Notes: generated by a model not told the origin, from the sequence alone. A DNA stretch of 56,315 nucleotides from Chiloscyllium plagiosum (GCF_004010195.1 NC_057718.1:33133690-33190004); one strand, 5' to 3'; shown: positions 12,397-24,557, numbered from the stretch's first letter. Numbers and translations are program-made.

Positions 12397-12899
12397 CTGA
12401 TATGGAGGAGGAAAAGGCAATGATATTATGAGGAAAAGTTGAGACAGAGAAGAATGTGAGATGGTGTTGTAGCAGCATCAAGTTAAAGTTCTGAGCAACA
12501 TTAAACTGCACAAACACAGAGAAAGGATACTATGCCCTCCATTATAAATCCAGAAATTTCAGCGAACATGCTAGTACATCAATTGGCACTTGAAAGAAGA
12601 AAGAACAAGCTAATAATTAAATATGACCACTCTTCCCTCCTTCCTTAATTTTGTGTTTAATTTCCATCACACTTCTGTTTAGGAGCTTTCCCTACTTTAA
12701 AGATGTTTTATACAGGGAAGGTTTTATTGCTGATTGGACTTACTGCATCTGAACATGAGATCTTAATCTGTATTTTTCTTTAAGGAATGTTGATAGACCT
12801 GCTGCCTATTTGTCAAATAGGACCCTTCCAGTCTTCTATCCTCTGCTGTCTGCTCAGCTAGTGGTTCCACTTGGTGGAAGATGGCAGCCTCAGTAATGG

Positions 12900-13030
12900 C
12901 AATCCCTTACCGTTTAAGTCAGACCTGCTTCTGACTTCATCCTGCTGAAGAGACAGAGTTGGCAATGGTCAAGGGTAGAGGCGCACTGGCAAGGACATGC
13001 TGTAAAGATTCAATGACCTGAAACATTTGG
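12900..13030 (+). mobile_element. Harbinger Myb/SANT-like ORF relic
   Basis: RGALART..C.K.FNDL-like remnant (consensus RTxxQCRKRFNDL), frameshifted. Confidence 0.4.
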
Positions 13031-13229
13031 AAAGCCACATTTGGCAGGTGGCGTCGGGTCGATAATCGAGACAGCAGGCCATACCTGAGCTGAGCAGACT
13101 GGGTGAACATCGTTCATCCTTACGTTTCTAGGAATTGGCCAATGGTGGCACTGAGAAATCAGCCACTGTCACATATAGGGTGCCACTGAGAAGGGGACAT
13201 TCCTGAGGAGGAGAGCAGCTCATGTCAGT

Positions 13230-13737
13230 CAAGAGTGTGGTGCTGGAAAAGCACAGCAGGTCAGGCAGCATCCAAGGAGCTGGAAAATCAACATTTCGGG
13301 CAAAAGCCCTTCATCAGGAATGAGGCTGGGAGCCTCAGGGGTGGAGAGATAAATGGGAGGGGGGGTCGGGCTGGGGGAAGGCAGCTGAGAGTGCAATAGG
13401 AGGATGGAGGTGGGGGTGAAGGTGATGGGTTGGAGGAGAGGGTGGAGTGGATAGGTGGGAAGGAAGATGGATAGATGGGGTGGGTCATGAGGACGGTGCT
13501 GAGCTGGAAAATTGGAACTGGGATAAGGTGTGTGGAGGAGAAATGAGGAAACAGGTGAAATCCACTTTGATGCCACGAGGTTGGAGGGTCCCGAGGTGTA
13601 AGATCAGCCACCCCAAGGCTCCCAGCCTCATTCCAGATGAAGTGCTTTTGCCCAAAACATTGATTTTCCTGGTCCTCGGATGCTGCCAGCACCACACTCG
13701 ACTCTAATCTCCATCATCTACAGTACTCACTTTTGCC
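13230..13737. mobile_element. Penelope-derived fold-back insertion
   Basis: Inverted terminal arms carrying hammerhead-like cores; 14-bp TSD CAGCTCATGTCAGT at 13216-13229 and 13738-13751. Confidence 0.85.
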
Positions 13738-14641
13738 CAGCTCATGTCAGTGTCATGCTGGAATAGGTGAGGAAAGCCAAGTTACTCATGTATCATTCTC
13801 TCCTCACAACTGTAGTGAGATGTCTGAAATGAATGATAGTGTGGTGGACCTGCACCAATGGACATCACAACGTGCCAACAGAAAGGCTGCTTGTGATGAC
13901 AGAACCGGAGGCTGTGAGGAGCAGGGCCGTGGGTGGGTCTTCTTTGAGTGAAGGGTAATGAAGAAACTTTTGCCCAACGTGCATTGTGGTTATAAAATAG
14001 CAGTGGAGTTGGTTATGCTGAGGTACTTGCTGAGAATCCCACTTTCTCAGCACCAACTCCTTGTCTCTCTGACAGTATCCACCTTGGAGTGATTGTGTAT
14101 AGTTGTCACTGACCTGCTTAGCCGAGGCAAGTGGAAAGCAAGTTATTTGACACAGGGGTGTATGGAGAGTATATGCTCCTGCATCACAACTGTGGTCTCA
14201 CCAGCATGGCAGATTGCCAAGAAAGGGACTGAGGCTACTGACGAGGCTAATAAGCCTTATTTCAACTTCGTGTACCTTTAGACCTTTATTCCTCTCCCAA
14301 ACATCGCTGTGAAGGTGATGCCAGTAGCCTCATGTCCCTCCTGGAGTGCAGCCGCTCACTATTTGCATGTACAAACTTATCAGCACCAGTGAGAGTGATT
14401 CTGTGCCACTGGTTCGGCAGCTAAATAACATTCTCTTTTCCTCAATATGTTAACCAGTGTGTCCATTGGCCCCTATGACCCAATGGCCCCCGGTATATTC
14501 ATGACCCCAGCATTTCCCAGACATTATGTGTTCCTTGCAGTTCCTGACTGAAAATTTCATATGATCCTTTGAGGCCTGGAAATGAGCTCATCAATGAGCT
14601 CAACAACCAGTTAACCAAAAGCAAGTAGGTTCCTGGCATAC

Positions 14642-14770
14642 CTTAACATGTACCCAGGTTGAATGAAGCAAAGGGTATACTGGTATAGGAGTGAACATAG
14701 CCAATAGTTTTCATGAATAGAATATCATACTTGAACCCAACTTGGACCAGTGTATAATGCAGCTGAGTTT
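14642..14770 (-). CDS. Exon, copy A, with in-frame stop: NSAALYTGPSWVQV*YSIHENYWLCSLLYQYTLCFIQPGYML
   Basis: Acceptor ctgcctctctctag, donor AAG|gtatgc; TGA at 14727-14725; an alternative 38-nt exon 14679-14642 is stop-free. Confidence 0.5.
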
Positions 14771-15138
14771 CTAGAGAGAGGCAGTTACTTGCCTATGTCA
14801 TTAGTTGCTGTGAAATCAACCTAACATCATGATATACACTGCACTGCCTTTGGCAGTGAAATTCACTGCAGCTCTAAACTTTCTAGTGACATTAGCTGTA
14901 TAAATCAACTTGGATACAGCCACCTGGCAAGTTACCGATGTACTCAGTGTGAGATGTCAACAGTTCAGCATTTTGTTCCCCATGGAGGCTGACAAACAGG
15001 AAAAAAACACATGGGATTTCCCTGCATGCTTGGATTCAGTCAGGTGCAGGGAGCTATACAGTACACCCCTGGCCCAACACCCAGACAAGTACACATACAC
15101 ATAAGCACATATGTGCGCACACACACAAGCACACTTAC

Positions 15139-15311
15139 TCAAAAGCTTCATTGCAACCGGAAAGACTTCAAATGACTCAACATGCAACTTGTTTGAGATT
15201 TCAGAAAGGGACTCATATAGGTTAACACCCTGTTTCTTGGCAGTAGTCATAATGATGCTAGTCCTCAAAACATGTTCTGTTCCCAAGCAGTGTGTGACTT
15301 CTGGCTGCTGG
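15139..15311 (-). CDS. Exon, copy A: QQPEVTHCLGTEHVLRTSIIMTTAKKQGVNLYESLSEISNKLHVESFEVFPVAMKLL
   Basis: Acceptor catgttccctag, donor TGA|gtaagt; lies inside ORF 14957-15322. Confidence 0.6.
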
Positions 15312-15395
15312 CTAGGGAACATGGACTACTTCTGAACAAAATTATGATTCCTGCCTACAACCAGAGCAGACACTTGAAGCACTGATATAATAAAA

Positions 15396-15713
15396 ATTAG
15401 ATTAGATTAGGTTACTTACAGTGTGGAAACAGGCCCTTCGGCCCAACAAGTCCACACCGCCCCGCCGAAGCGCAACCCACCCATGCCCCTACATTTACCC
15501 CTTACCTCACACTACGGGCAATTTAGCATGGCCAATTCACCTGACCTGCACATCTTTGGACTGTGTGAGGAAACCGGAGCACCCGGAGGAAACCCACGCA
15601 GACACGGGGAGAACGTACAAACTCCACACAGTCAGTCGCCTGAGGCGGGAAATGAACCCGGGTCTCTGGCGCTGCGAGGCAGCAGTGCTAACCACTGTGC
15701 CACCGTGCCGCCC
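15396..15713 (-). mobile_element. HE1-type V-SINE
   Basis: tRNA-like head GGGCGGCACGGTGGCACAGTGG, V-domain, CR1-like 3' end and (AATCT)n tail. Confidence 0.95.
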
Positions 15714-15807
15714 ATGATTATGCAGAAATAAGGGTTCTAATGAAGAAAATAATTGGTTCCTTGAAATAATGATTCTGATGCTTTGAGAAGTCAAGAGAGC
15801 TCTTTAC

Positions 15808-15878
15808 TTAAGGCCAGAGCAAGTTTCAGAATCATTATCATTGCTGCAAGTCCTCCATCTTGCCATAGAGCCATCCAA
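15808..15878 (-). CDS. Exon, copy A (LDGSMARWRTCSNDNDSETCSGL or WMALWQDGGLAAMIMILKLALAL)
   Basis: Long polypyrimidine acceptor ctttcttcatttccttgctccaccacttcccag, donor TAA|gtaaag. Confidence 0.55.
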
Positions 15879-16092
15879 CTGGGAAGTGGTGGAGCAAGGA
15901 AATGAAGAAAGAGTCAAATGATGCCAAATCAGAGCCAAGTCCAACCAGTGCAAGGAACTGCTAAAGTTGTAAAGGCAGCCCATTACTGGGAGATTGTCCA
16001 GAATAATCCCTCCTTTACCCCATACTGTACCAATGTGACATGCTTCAATTTAATTCAGTCCTAGCACCCAATATAGAAACATACAACATCAT

Positions 16093-16318
16093 CAAACAAA
16101 TATCCAAAGAACTGCAGATACTGGAAATCTGAAACAAAAACAGAAATTGCTGAAGAAACTCAGCAGGTCTGGTCCCATCTGTAGAGAGAAAGCAGAGTTA
16201 ACATAAAGAAGGGTCTTCTGAAGGAGGGTCACTGCACTTGAAACGTTCACAATATTTTCTCTCCGCAGATGCTGCCAGACTTGCTGAGTTTCTCCAGCAT
16301 TTTCTAGTTTTGTTACAA
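16093..16318. mobile_element. Penelope-derived fold-back element, second family
   Basis: Inverted arms around a degraded hammerhead CTGAAGGA-GGGTCACTGCACTT-GAAACGTT. Confidence 0.75.
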
Positions 16319-16324
16319 ATTTGC

Positions 16325-16980
16325 AAATTAGGAGCATTAGAGGCCATTCAGCCTCTCAAGCCTGCTGTGACATTCAATAAGATGATGGCTGATCTGATTG
16401 TGGCCTTAACTCTACTTCCCTGATACTTGCTGATATTCTTTGACTCTTATGTTAATCAAAACTCTAACTACCTCTGCCTTAAAAATATTCTGCATCCATA
16501 CCCATCACTGTCTGGAAAAGAGATTTCCAAAGACTCATAACTCTCTTAGAGTGGATAAATCTTCTTTTCTTCATCTTAATTGGGACATACTTTGTGCCCC
16601 CTAATTCCAGATTTTCCCACAAGGGGAAACTCCTTTGGTATGTATTCTGTCAGGTTAAATCAGAACTCTTTATGTTTCAGTGTAATGGCCTCTCGTTCTT
16701 TTAAACTCCAATATGTATAGATGCAGCTTATCCAATCTTTCTTGATAGAATAAACCTTTCATCCCAGAAATCAGTCAAGTGTACCTTCACTGAACCGTTT
16801 CCAACACAATTATGTTCTTTGTTAAATGAGGAAACCAAAGCTTTACACATATGCTGGATGTGACTTCACCAATACCCATCACAACTGTAACAAACAATTC
16901 CTACTTTTCAATGAATAACTACTTTCCATTTGCATTCCTAATAGTTGTTTTACCTACATACTAATTCACTGCATTAATGT
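16325..16980 (-). mobile_element. Old CR1 LINE 3' fragment
   Basis: Reverse-complement CR1 3'UTR and degraded RT C-terminus. Confidence 0.75.
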
Positions 16981-17935
16981 CTTCAAACAAAACATCATAA
17001 GTGTTCCTTGTCACATTACTAAGATTATGAAAAGTAGAAGTTATCTCAAATAAAACTGTTTTACAACAGATTTCACATTTGATTACATATCTGTTGCATA
17101 TCTACACATTGCCCCTATTGGAAGCCTTAGTGTTCTCATTGACTGAGAAGTTGATTTCATGGTTTAAGTGTTGCACCTCTACTGAAGGCACTTGAGTTGG
17201 CCTTGCTGAGTACCTCAAGTGACTCTGGCCAGTGACACCTTGGTTGCAGGGAAGTGGAATTATTCAGATTGGCTGTCTGAGTACCATTGAGAGTATCGCC
17301 TGAGAGGCTGATGAGGAAGGAGATGCACTGCTTACCTGAGAGAATGTAGCAATTGCCTGTATTGTGAGGGAATTGCCACCCCTAGCTCCGTGCCTCAGTA
17401 TTCTCTGGAGCAGGACAAAGTGGTGTATGTGCTGGGAGGCCTATTCACAGTTTCCTTCAGGCTTTGTAATCCAAATGAGATAATGGAGCATGGATTACAA
17501 CATTTTGAACGCTAATCAAAACTACTGGAGCAGTTTATCACTCCCTTTACAGTGTCTCTCTTATATATATGGTTTGTTTTATATTCCATATATCCAATTT
17601 ACCTCAGTGCAATGATAAGATGACACTGTTTTAAATTAACAACATATTTATTTACACTCAGCAAATCTCAGCAATGACAGGATTTCCACACTTGTTTTGA
17701 TAACTCAGGCATCTCAAGTCTTTGAAGTTTCTCTTTGCTTTTTCTATCAGATGCTCCATCCAGACTTAACCAGTTAAGTACGTCAAAATAGATCAGTGAA
17801 CAAACCAACATAATCAACACAGATCAATTAAATCATTGAACATTGCAGTGCCCACACAGCATAAAACATACTCCATGTTTGACGGCCTAGTCTTGATTTA
17901 AGTAAGTATGTAGTGTATATAGGGAGAGAGAGAGA

Positions 17936-18745
17936 GAGTCATAGAGATGTACAGTATGGAAACAGACCCTTCGGTCCAACCTGTCCATGCCAACCAAATA
18001 TCCCAACTCAATCTAGTCCCACCTGCCAGCACCCAGCACATATCCCTCCAAACCCTTCCTATTCATATACCCATCCAAATGCCTCTTAAATGTTGCAATT
18101 GTACTAGCATCCACCACTTCCTCTGGCAGCTCATTCCATACATGTATCACCCTCTGTGTGAAAACGTTGCCCCTTAGGTATCTTTTTATATCTTTCCCCT
18201 CTCATCCTAAACCTATGCCCTCTAGTTCTGGACACCCCCATCCCAGGGAAAAGACTTTGCCTATTTATCCTATCCATGCCCTTCATAATTTTGTAAATGT
18301 CTATAAGGTCACCCCTTAGCATCCGACGGTCCAGGGAAGACAGCCTCAGCCTGTTCAGCCTCTCCCCATAGCTCAAATCTTCCAACCCTGGCAACATCCT
18401 TGTAAATCTTTTCTGAACCCTTTCAGGTTTCACAACATCTTTCCTATAGGAAGGAGACCAGAATTGCATGCAATATTCCAACAGTGGCCTAACCAATGTC
18501 CTGTACAGCCGCAACATGACCTCCCAACTCCTGTACTCAATACTCTGCCCAATAAAAGAAAGCATACCAAACGCCTTCTTCACTATCCTATCTACCTGCA
18601 ACTCCACTTTCAAGGAACTGTGAACCTGCACTCCAAGGTCTTTTTGTTCAGCAACACTCCCTAGGACCTTACCATTAAGTGGATAAGTCCTGCTAAGATT
18701 TGTTTTCCCAAAATGCAGCACCTCGCATTTATTTGAACATTCCAT
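17936..18745 (-). mobile_element. CR1 (HER1-like) LINE, 5'-truncated
   Basis: ORF 18131-18745 (KCEVLHFG..LYRTLVRPLLEYC..), 3'UTR and tail. Confidence 0.95.
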
Positions 18746-19129
18746 TTAGAAATATGTTTCATGAACAATTGCCAGTATGAACCATATCATCAAGAAATAC
18801 AGGGTGTCTCTAAGTGGTATTAACAAGACACAAAACTGATATTCCCAAAGAGGCTAGCTACCAATAAACAGCAAAGGTTCCCTTGGCAATCTACCTATTT
18901 AGTTTAACTTAATGAGCACCAAGAAATTGTGGCCTTGTTTGTGCTGGGGATGAAATTGGAAATGTGGTAACAATTCTTTGATGGAAAATATGATTTCAGC
19001 AATTCATATCCAATATATTCCCATCTGAAATCTGTTAGCTCCACTGTAATGTGGAAAGGAAGCCTATTAGTAGTTAAACCTATTTTACTGATTGCTGTTC
19101 CATCATATTGATGGGTCTCATCTCATCTT

Positions 19130-19262
19130 TGTTCAGAAGAAGGATCACTGGACCTAAAACATTAACTCTGCTTCCTCTTCACAGATGCTGCCAGACTTGT
19201 TGAGCTTCTTCAGCAATTCCTCTTTTTGTTTCAGATTTCCAGCATCTGCACTTCATTGTTAT
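19130..19262 (+). mobile_element. Short Penelope-derived terminal fragment
   Basis: Homologous to the right arm of 16093-16318. Confidence 0.65.
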
Positions 19263-19609
19263 TTTTCTCACACCTCATCTCCAACTCCCCCCTGCAGTCT
19301 TTAAATAGATCTAAAAAGAAAATAGTTTGTAAATTACTGTGAAGCATTTGAGTACAGAATGACAGAAAAAGGAATTTACGGTACTACTCCCACTAACATA
19401 GTCACAAATAGTATTCTCATGGGAATGTAGAATGGAAAATCTAGAGGGGTATTCAGCCCAAATAACTCTTCATTTTAGCAGATTATGATGGTAGATGACT
19501 TCCTTGCTATCTTCACTCAGAACACAAATGAAAGAACATTCACTACGGCCACTTCACTACTCTAGGAGTTCACAATGCACCATTTGGTATGAACAAATGT
19601 GGCTGTCAA

Positions 19610-19850
19610 TCTTTCCTCAACAGGGTTCCAGAACATAACTAATGAGATAAATGATCAAAGTTTGTCTTCTTGTGGTGCTTGAGGGAAGAGACAAACTGGG
19701 ATTACACCCTGGTCTTCTTCAAAAACTATCATTTTGTACATCTAAACAAATGGATTAGACCTTAGTTTATTGCAAAATCCCAAATCATGACACCACTAAC
19801 AAGGTAATGCTCTCTCAGAACCAAACTGAAGTGTTTAGATTATGTGTTCA
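19610..19850 (-). mobile_element. Degraded Deu-domain SINE (SacSINE/AmnSINE-related)
   Basis: Similar to 22770-23000 and 52540-52790. Confidence 0.45.
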
Positions 19851-19860
19851 CACCCCTTAC

Positions 19861-19965
19861 GGAGTTCAAATATTTGAAATTCTGAAGCAAAGGTGAGATA
19901 CTTCCAAATTTCTTCCAATGAGATGACAAGTTAGGCATTTTGGGGATCCCAAAGAATGGAAATAC
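19861..19965 (-). CDS. Exon, copy A: VFPFFGIPKMPNLSSHWKKFGSISPLLQNFKYLNS
   Basis: Acceptor tatttttttaag, donor TCC|gtaagg, 105 nt, phase 0-0. Confidence 0.55.
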
Positions 19966-20499
19966 CTTAAAAAAATACTGCATACTAAATAAACCCAAAT
20001 CTGTGTTTGAAGAAGAAATTTGTTGCAACAAATCATGATGTGGTGTCAAGCAATCAGATCTCAGTGTTGGCAGCATGAGTGTAAATCTTATTCAGAAATT
20101 AAGCCAATGTTCTAAGCAGCTGATTCACCAGCTGTCAACTTTTAACACAATTTAACTTGTGCATTGAGGTCTCCTTGCTACTCTTTATAAAAAAAAACTC
20201 AATGTTCTTGTAAGTTGATAAATTTAAACTAGACAACAGTTGTCTATATATTTCTAGGAACTGTATAAAGTGTAATTTAAGATGACTCACTAGGGCATTC
20301 CTTGGCATTATGATAGTAGTTTGTGGTAGCTAAGAACAGCTTGATTTGTTACCTAGCCATAAACATGTAAAGCAGAGAAGAAAATATAATTCAACCCACC
20401 GAGTTTCCAGCAGATCATGGGTCTCTCTTGCTGAATAGACAGTCACAGATTAGCTTTCACATCCTTGTTCCTATAAGAGTGCATCTTTCCTGAGCAAAA

Positions 20500-20655
20500 T
20501 AATCAGGAAAATATAAATAGAAGATACTCTTAATGAGTCCCACCCCCTTTTGAAGTAAACCCAGGATTTCAGGACTTGCCTGGGAGAACATACAGCTACC
20601 AATGCTTCTCGATTGCCCAGGAGCTTGTGATGGATGATCGATTTCCCAGTTGCCA
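20500..20655 (-). CDS. Disrupted exon, copy A: WQLGNRSSITSSWAIEKHW* then, in a shifted frame, MFSQASPEILGLLQKG
   Basis: Acceptor ttttccccatgttaccaacag; TAG at 20598-20596; 3' boundary uncertain (possible GC donor CAG|gcaagt after 20580). Confidence 0.4.
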
Positions 20656-20799
20656 CTGTTGGTAACATGGGGAAAATGTAGGTCCACATTCCAATTTACA
20701 TTTTCACTGCCCTTTTCTTTACATGCATTTTATGTAATTCACTCCACTCATGTGCCTCAGTCAATTGTTTACTTCGCCAATCAGAACAGAATTTCAGAG

Positions 20800-21060
20800 T
20801 AACCATAAGACATTGGGGCAGAAACAGGCCAACGGGCCCAATCTGTTTACTCTGCCATTTGATGAGATGATGGCTTTGTGATAATCTTCAATTCCACTTT
20901 CCTGTCTTATCTCCAAAACCCCTGCTTCCAAGCATCAAGGGTTATGGGACTAAGGCAGGAAGGTTTCGTTGAGGGTGATCAGATCAGACATGATCTCGTG
21001 AATGGTGGAGCAGGCTCAGTGGGTCAAATGCTGTGCTTCTACTCCGACATTTTATGGGCA
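20800..21060. mobile_element. Two CR1 3'UTR fragments in opposite orientation
   Basis: Minus-strand tail at about 20800-20925 followed by a plus-strand tail at about 20930-21060. Confidence 0.6.
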
Positions 21061-21509
21061 CTGTCAATTTCTATTCTGATTAGTTCGTAAAAAGACTGAT
21101 TGAGACACATAATTGAGATAAAATACATAAGTGCATTGAAGGAGAAGGTTATGTTAATATGATTAAATGAAGAGGAACCATATGGGCCATTTGGGCCAGA
21201 TATCCTCTTTCAATGATGGATGTCCAATGTAATTCTATGAATAAATTCCTTTTTATTAGACTTCCCTAGCAACTGTTGACACCTACAGCAAAATATAGAT
21301 ATCAACTCATTAAGCAAATCTATTAATATTTGCAGACTGTTGACTTGTGATTGAAATTTGAGGAATAGATTTCACTAGAGATGGTAATCTAGGTCTACAT
21401 TGAATCAGGCTAAGCAGTCTGATCCAAATGGGACAAAAGAGATGTCCTGTGTCAGCTGTTTTTGTACATTCAGCAATGGGATACCCTGGTAGAGGGGCAA
21501 CCAGTTCAT

Positions 21510-21858
21510 GGAATCATAGAATCCCCACAGTGTGCAAACAGGCCCTTCGGCCCAACAAGTCCACACTGACCCTTCGAAGAGTATCCCACCCAAACCTATT
21601 CCCCTACCTATTACTCTACATTTACATCTGACCAATGCACCTAACCAAAACATCCCTGAACACTATAGGCAATTTAGCATGGTCAATTCACCTGACCTGC
21701 ACATTTTTTGATTGTGGGAGGAAACCAGAGCACTTGGAGGAAACCCACACAGATACCGGGAGAATATGCAAACTCTACACATACAGTCACCCCGAGGCTG
21801 GAAGTGAACTCGGTTCCCTGGCACTGTAAGGCAGCAATACTAACCGCTGAGCCACTGT
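21510..21858 (-). mobile_element. HE1-type V-SINE, older subfamily
   Basis: V-domain (CTCCCACA.TC.AAA.ATGTGCAGGTCAGG), tRNA-like head, TTCTATGA-type tail. Confidence 0.9.
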
Positions 21859-22545
21859 ATGGAGGTCAGTTGTAGGTTACAATGGGACATTGACAGGATC
21901 CAGATCTGGGCTGATAAGTGGCAGATAGAGTTCAGCCTGGAAAAGTGTGAAGTGATTCATTTTGGAAGGTCAAATTTGAATGCAGATTACAGGATAAAAG
22001 CCAGGACTCTTGGCAGTGTGGAGGAACAGAGGGACCCTGGGTTCATGCCCATAGATCCTTCAAAGTTAACAACCCTATCAACTTGGGTGGCAAGAAGGCA
22101 TACGGTGTTCTGACCTTCACCAGCAGGAAAGATTGAACTCAAGAGCCACGAGGCCATGCTGCAGCTCCACAGAGTCCCAGTTAGACTACACTTGGAACAC
22201 TGCGTCCAGCCCTGGCCGCCCCACTACAGGTGGGATATGTAAGTCCCAGAGAGGGTGCACCAGGATGCTGCTCGGACTGGAAGGCATATCCCACGAAGAA
22301 AGGTTGAGGGAGCCAAGACCCTTCCCACTGGAGCGAAGAAGGGTGAGAGGCAACTCATTGGAGGTGTACAAGATGACGACAGGCATAGATAGAGAGAACA
22401 ACCAGAGACCTCCTTTCAGGGCAGAAGTGGCTATCACGAGGGGGTATAATTTCAAGATAACTGGAGGAAGGTTTGGGGAGATGTCAGAGATAGGTTCCCC
22501 ACCCGGAGTGGCGGATGCATGGAACGCTCTGACAGCAGTGGTAAA
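21859..22545 (+). mobile_element. CR1 RT 3' fragment
   Basis: WADKWQIEFSLEKCEVIHFG; 3' part heavily substituted. Confidence 0.9.
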
Positions 22546-22769
22546 TCTGGCTTTGGAGCTTGGCAGCAGGAGTCTCCCAAGATGGGAGGGTTTGAGGATG
22601 CACATGGACAAGTTGAAGACCAGGTCAAAGGTAGGTAGGATTTTAGAGTAAATATGCACATGAATCCTTGAATTTGGGGGGTCATTTTTCTGAGGGGCCA
22701 TACATCCTGTAGCCAGTCATCCAAATTGATTGTGGCTTTAAAATACTCAGTATATTCCAAAGCACTATA

Positions 22770-23000
22770 ACCAATTAATTATTTTTAAAATGTAGTCACT
22801 GTGGCAATGTAGAAATCCTAAAAGCAAATTTGTGCACAGAAAGGTTTCACAATCTGATAATGATTAGTGAAGGTTTTTTTTTGTGATATGAATTACAGGA
22901 TAACTGTTAGCCAGGACATTGGGACTAAACTCTATACTTTTTTTCAAAATAGTGCAATGAATCTTTATGCACACCAGAGATATTACACTTCAATTTAACT
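22770..23000 (-). mobile_element. Deu-domain SINE fragment
   Basis: GGATAACTGTTAGCCAGGACA..CAAAATAGTGCAATG.ATCTTT resembles the Deu-SINE core as remembered. Confidence 0.55.
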
Positions 23001-23756
23001 TGCGCTCATTGATGATCCCTAATACTAATTTGTTTCCACCTACATTTGTACCATAGAGTGCCCCTTCGGGTGTGTCATTAATGCCTGCAGTTGGATGACT
23101 AGACAGTGGAAATGTTGCACAGTTATTAATTGGGGTTAAAGATTTAGTAGTGTGTCATGGGTAAACATCAAAGACATAGGAGTACAAATCTGGTTGCAAA
23201 AACAAATCAATCCAGCTGCTTTTAAGCTACTCGTGGACATTACAAATGATTTATTTAAGAAATATTTCCAGATCCAGGGCCCCATGTTGCGGTTGTCCAG
23301 ATCTTGGACAAGATGCTGTGATGGACAGAGTATTGTTCAGTGTACAAAGGGAAATAGTGACAGGGAAGTCATCTGTTTATTTAACTTTTTTTTTTGAAGT
23401 GCTATAATTAAACAGAATTATTGTAACTAAAAGCAGTAAGAGAATTTTCAGTAAAGCTGGCTTTGCATCTGGACATGTGGAGAGCAGTGCCCTTCTGTCT
23501 CTATCTTGGCAACAAGGCATTTATAAACAGGAAAGAAATTGAGCAGGTTTACAGTTGGTGGCTCATAATAGCATATGGTTGTCATTTGTGTGCCTTATAC
23601 AGGAACCTGAAACACAATAACTCTGGAGAACTCCATAAACATTGTTTTCCCAGGCTTTCAAAGAAAATCAATCAAGTACCTGACTTATGTAGTCAGATGG
23701 TCTCCTGTATGATATTGCAGGGAGCTCCTGGTGCAGCACTCTTGAAAAAAACTTAC

Positions 23757-23840
23757 ATCTTTCAAATTTAATGCATCCATCAACTTCATGGTAACAGGCA
23801 AATGATCTTGGCTCCAATCTGTATTTGGTTGTTGGCACAT
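23757..23840 (-). CDS. Exon, copy A: MCQQPNTDWSQDHLPVTMKLMDALNLKD
   Basis: Acceptor tactttatcaatag, donor GAT|gtaagt, 84 nt. Confidence 0.65.
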
Positions 23841-23904
23841 CTATTGATAAAGTACACGCAATGTATTCACTCAGGTCTTGGTAGTTTTTATGTGGCATGT
23901 TCCA

Positions 23905-24077
23905 TCAAACTGGGCTGATATATTGCTGGACATTTTCTTTCAAATGGCTCATTCTTTTTTTTTCATTTTGGATTACTCTTCTTCCTTCTGTATTAAATCT
24001 ACAGTCCAGCAAAGACTGCAGGACATCTTGTACCTGGTACTCCACATTTTTTCTTGTGGGTAAAGGCAAAAATAGAC
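23905..24077 (-). CDS. Exon-like segment, copy A: GLFLPLPTRKNVEYQVQDVLQSLLDCRFNTEGRRVIQNEKKRMSHL..
   Basis: Acceptor gcttctaag; open for 56 codons; no clear donor before TGA at 23907-23905. Confidence 0.5.
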
Positions 24078-24557
24078 CTTAGAAGCTACAGCATGTCAGC
24101 TCCATCGAAATGCAATGCACAAAATCTATTAAAAGTTTTCTTTAGAACTCCTGCAACACCTTTTGGGAATACCTTTCTCTTCCAGTCCAAAAAATAAAGC
24201 ATTGGTACCAGTAGTTCCAGAAGCATTTTTATTTTGGTTTCATTCTAATTCAGCCATGGCGAAATGGGAGTTCAAGTTATGAAGTTTAGGAAGTTCAACA
24301 CAATTTCTTCTCAGTCCAATATGCATAGGATCACTAAGCACACACACAAGACCACAAACTATAGGGTGCATTTTATGTTCTAACATTGATTGTGACCATG
24401 CCACGCGTATAAAATCTGTCAGAATGACTTCAGGTCACTAATCTGTTTACAATGATATGTAAGAGGAGAAAGTGAGGTCTGCAGATGCTGGAGATCAAAG
24501 TTGAAACTTTATTGCTGGAACAGCACAGCAGGTCAGGCAGCATCCAGGGAACAGGAG

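Noticed and set aside
15180..15270. TAKKQGVNLYESL resembling an IS66 transposase C-terminus
   Set aside because: A short chance similarity in a vertebrate exon context.
15640..15713. tRNA-like sequences at SINE heads (also about 21790, 34234, 35483, 42600 and 48090)
   Set aside because: They are Pol III heads of SINEs continuing into SINE bodies, not tRNA genes.
17337..17405. 69-nt minus-strand exon candidate RILRHGARGGNSLTIQAIATFSQ with donor CAG|gtaagc
   Set aside because: It does not fit the family pattern and the surrounding sequence looks like degraded transposon DNA.
23757..24077. Alternative splice path giving KKCGVPDV, like the MMP cysteine switch
   Set aside because: No HExxH or other MMP motif follows, and other frames fit the otoancorin-like pattern better.
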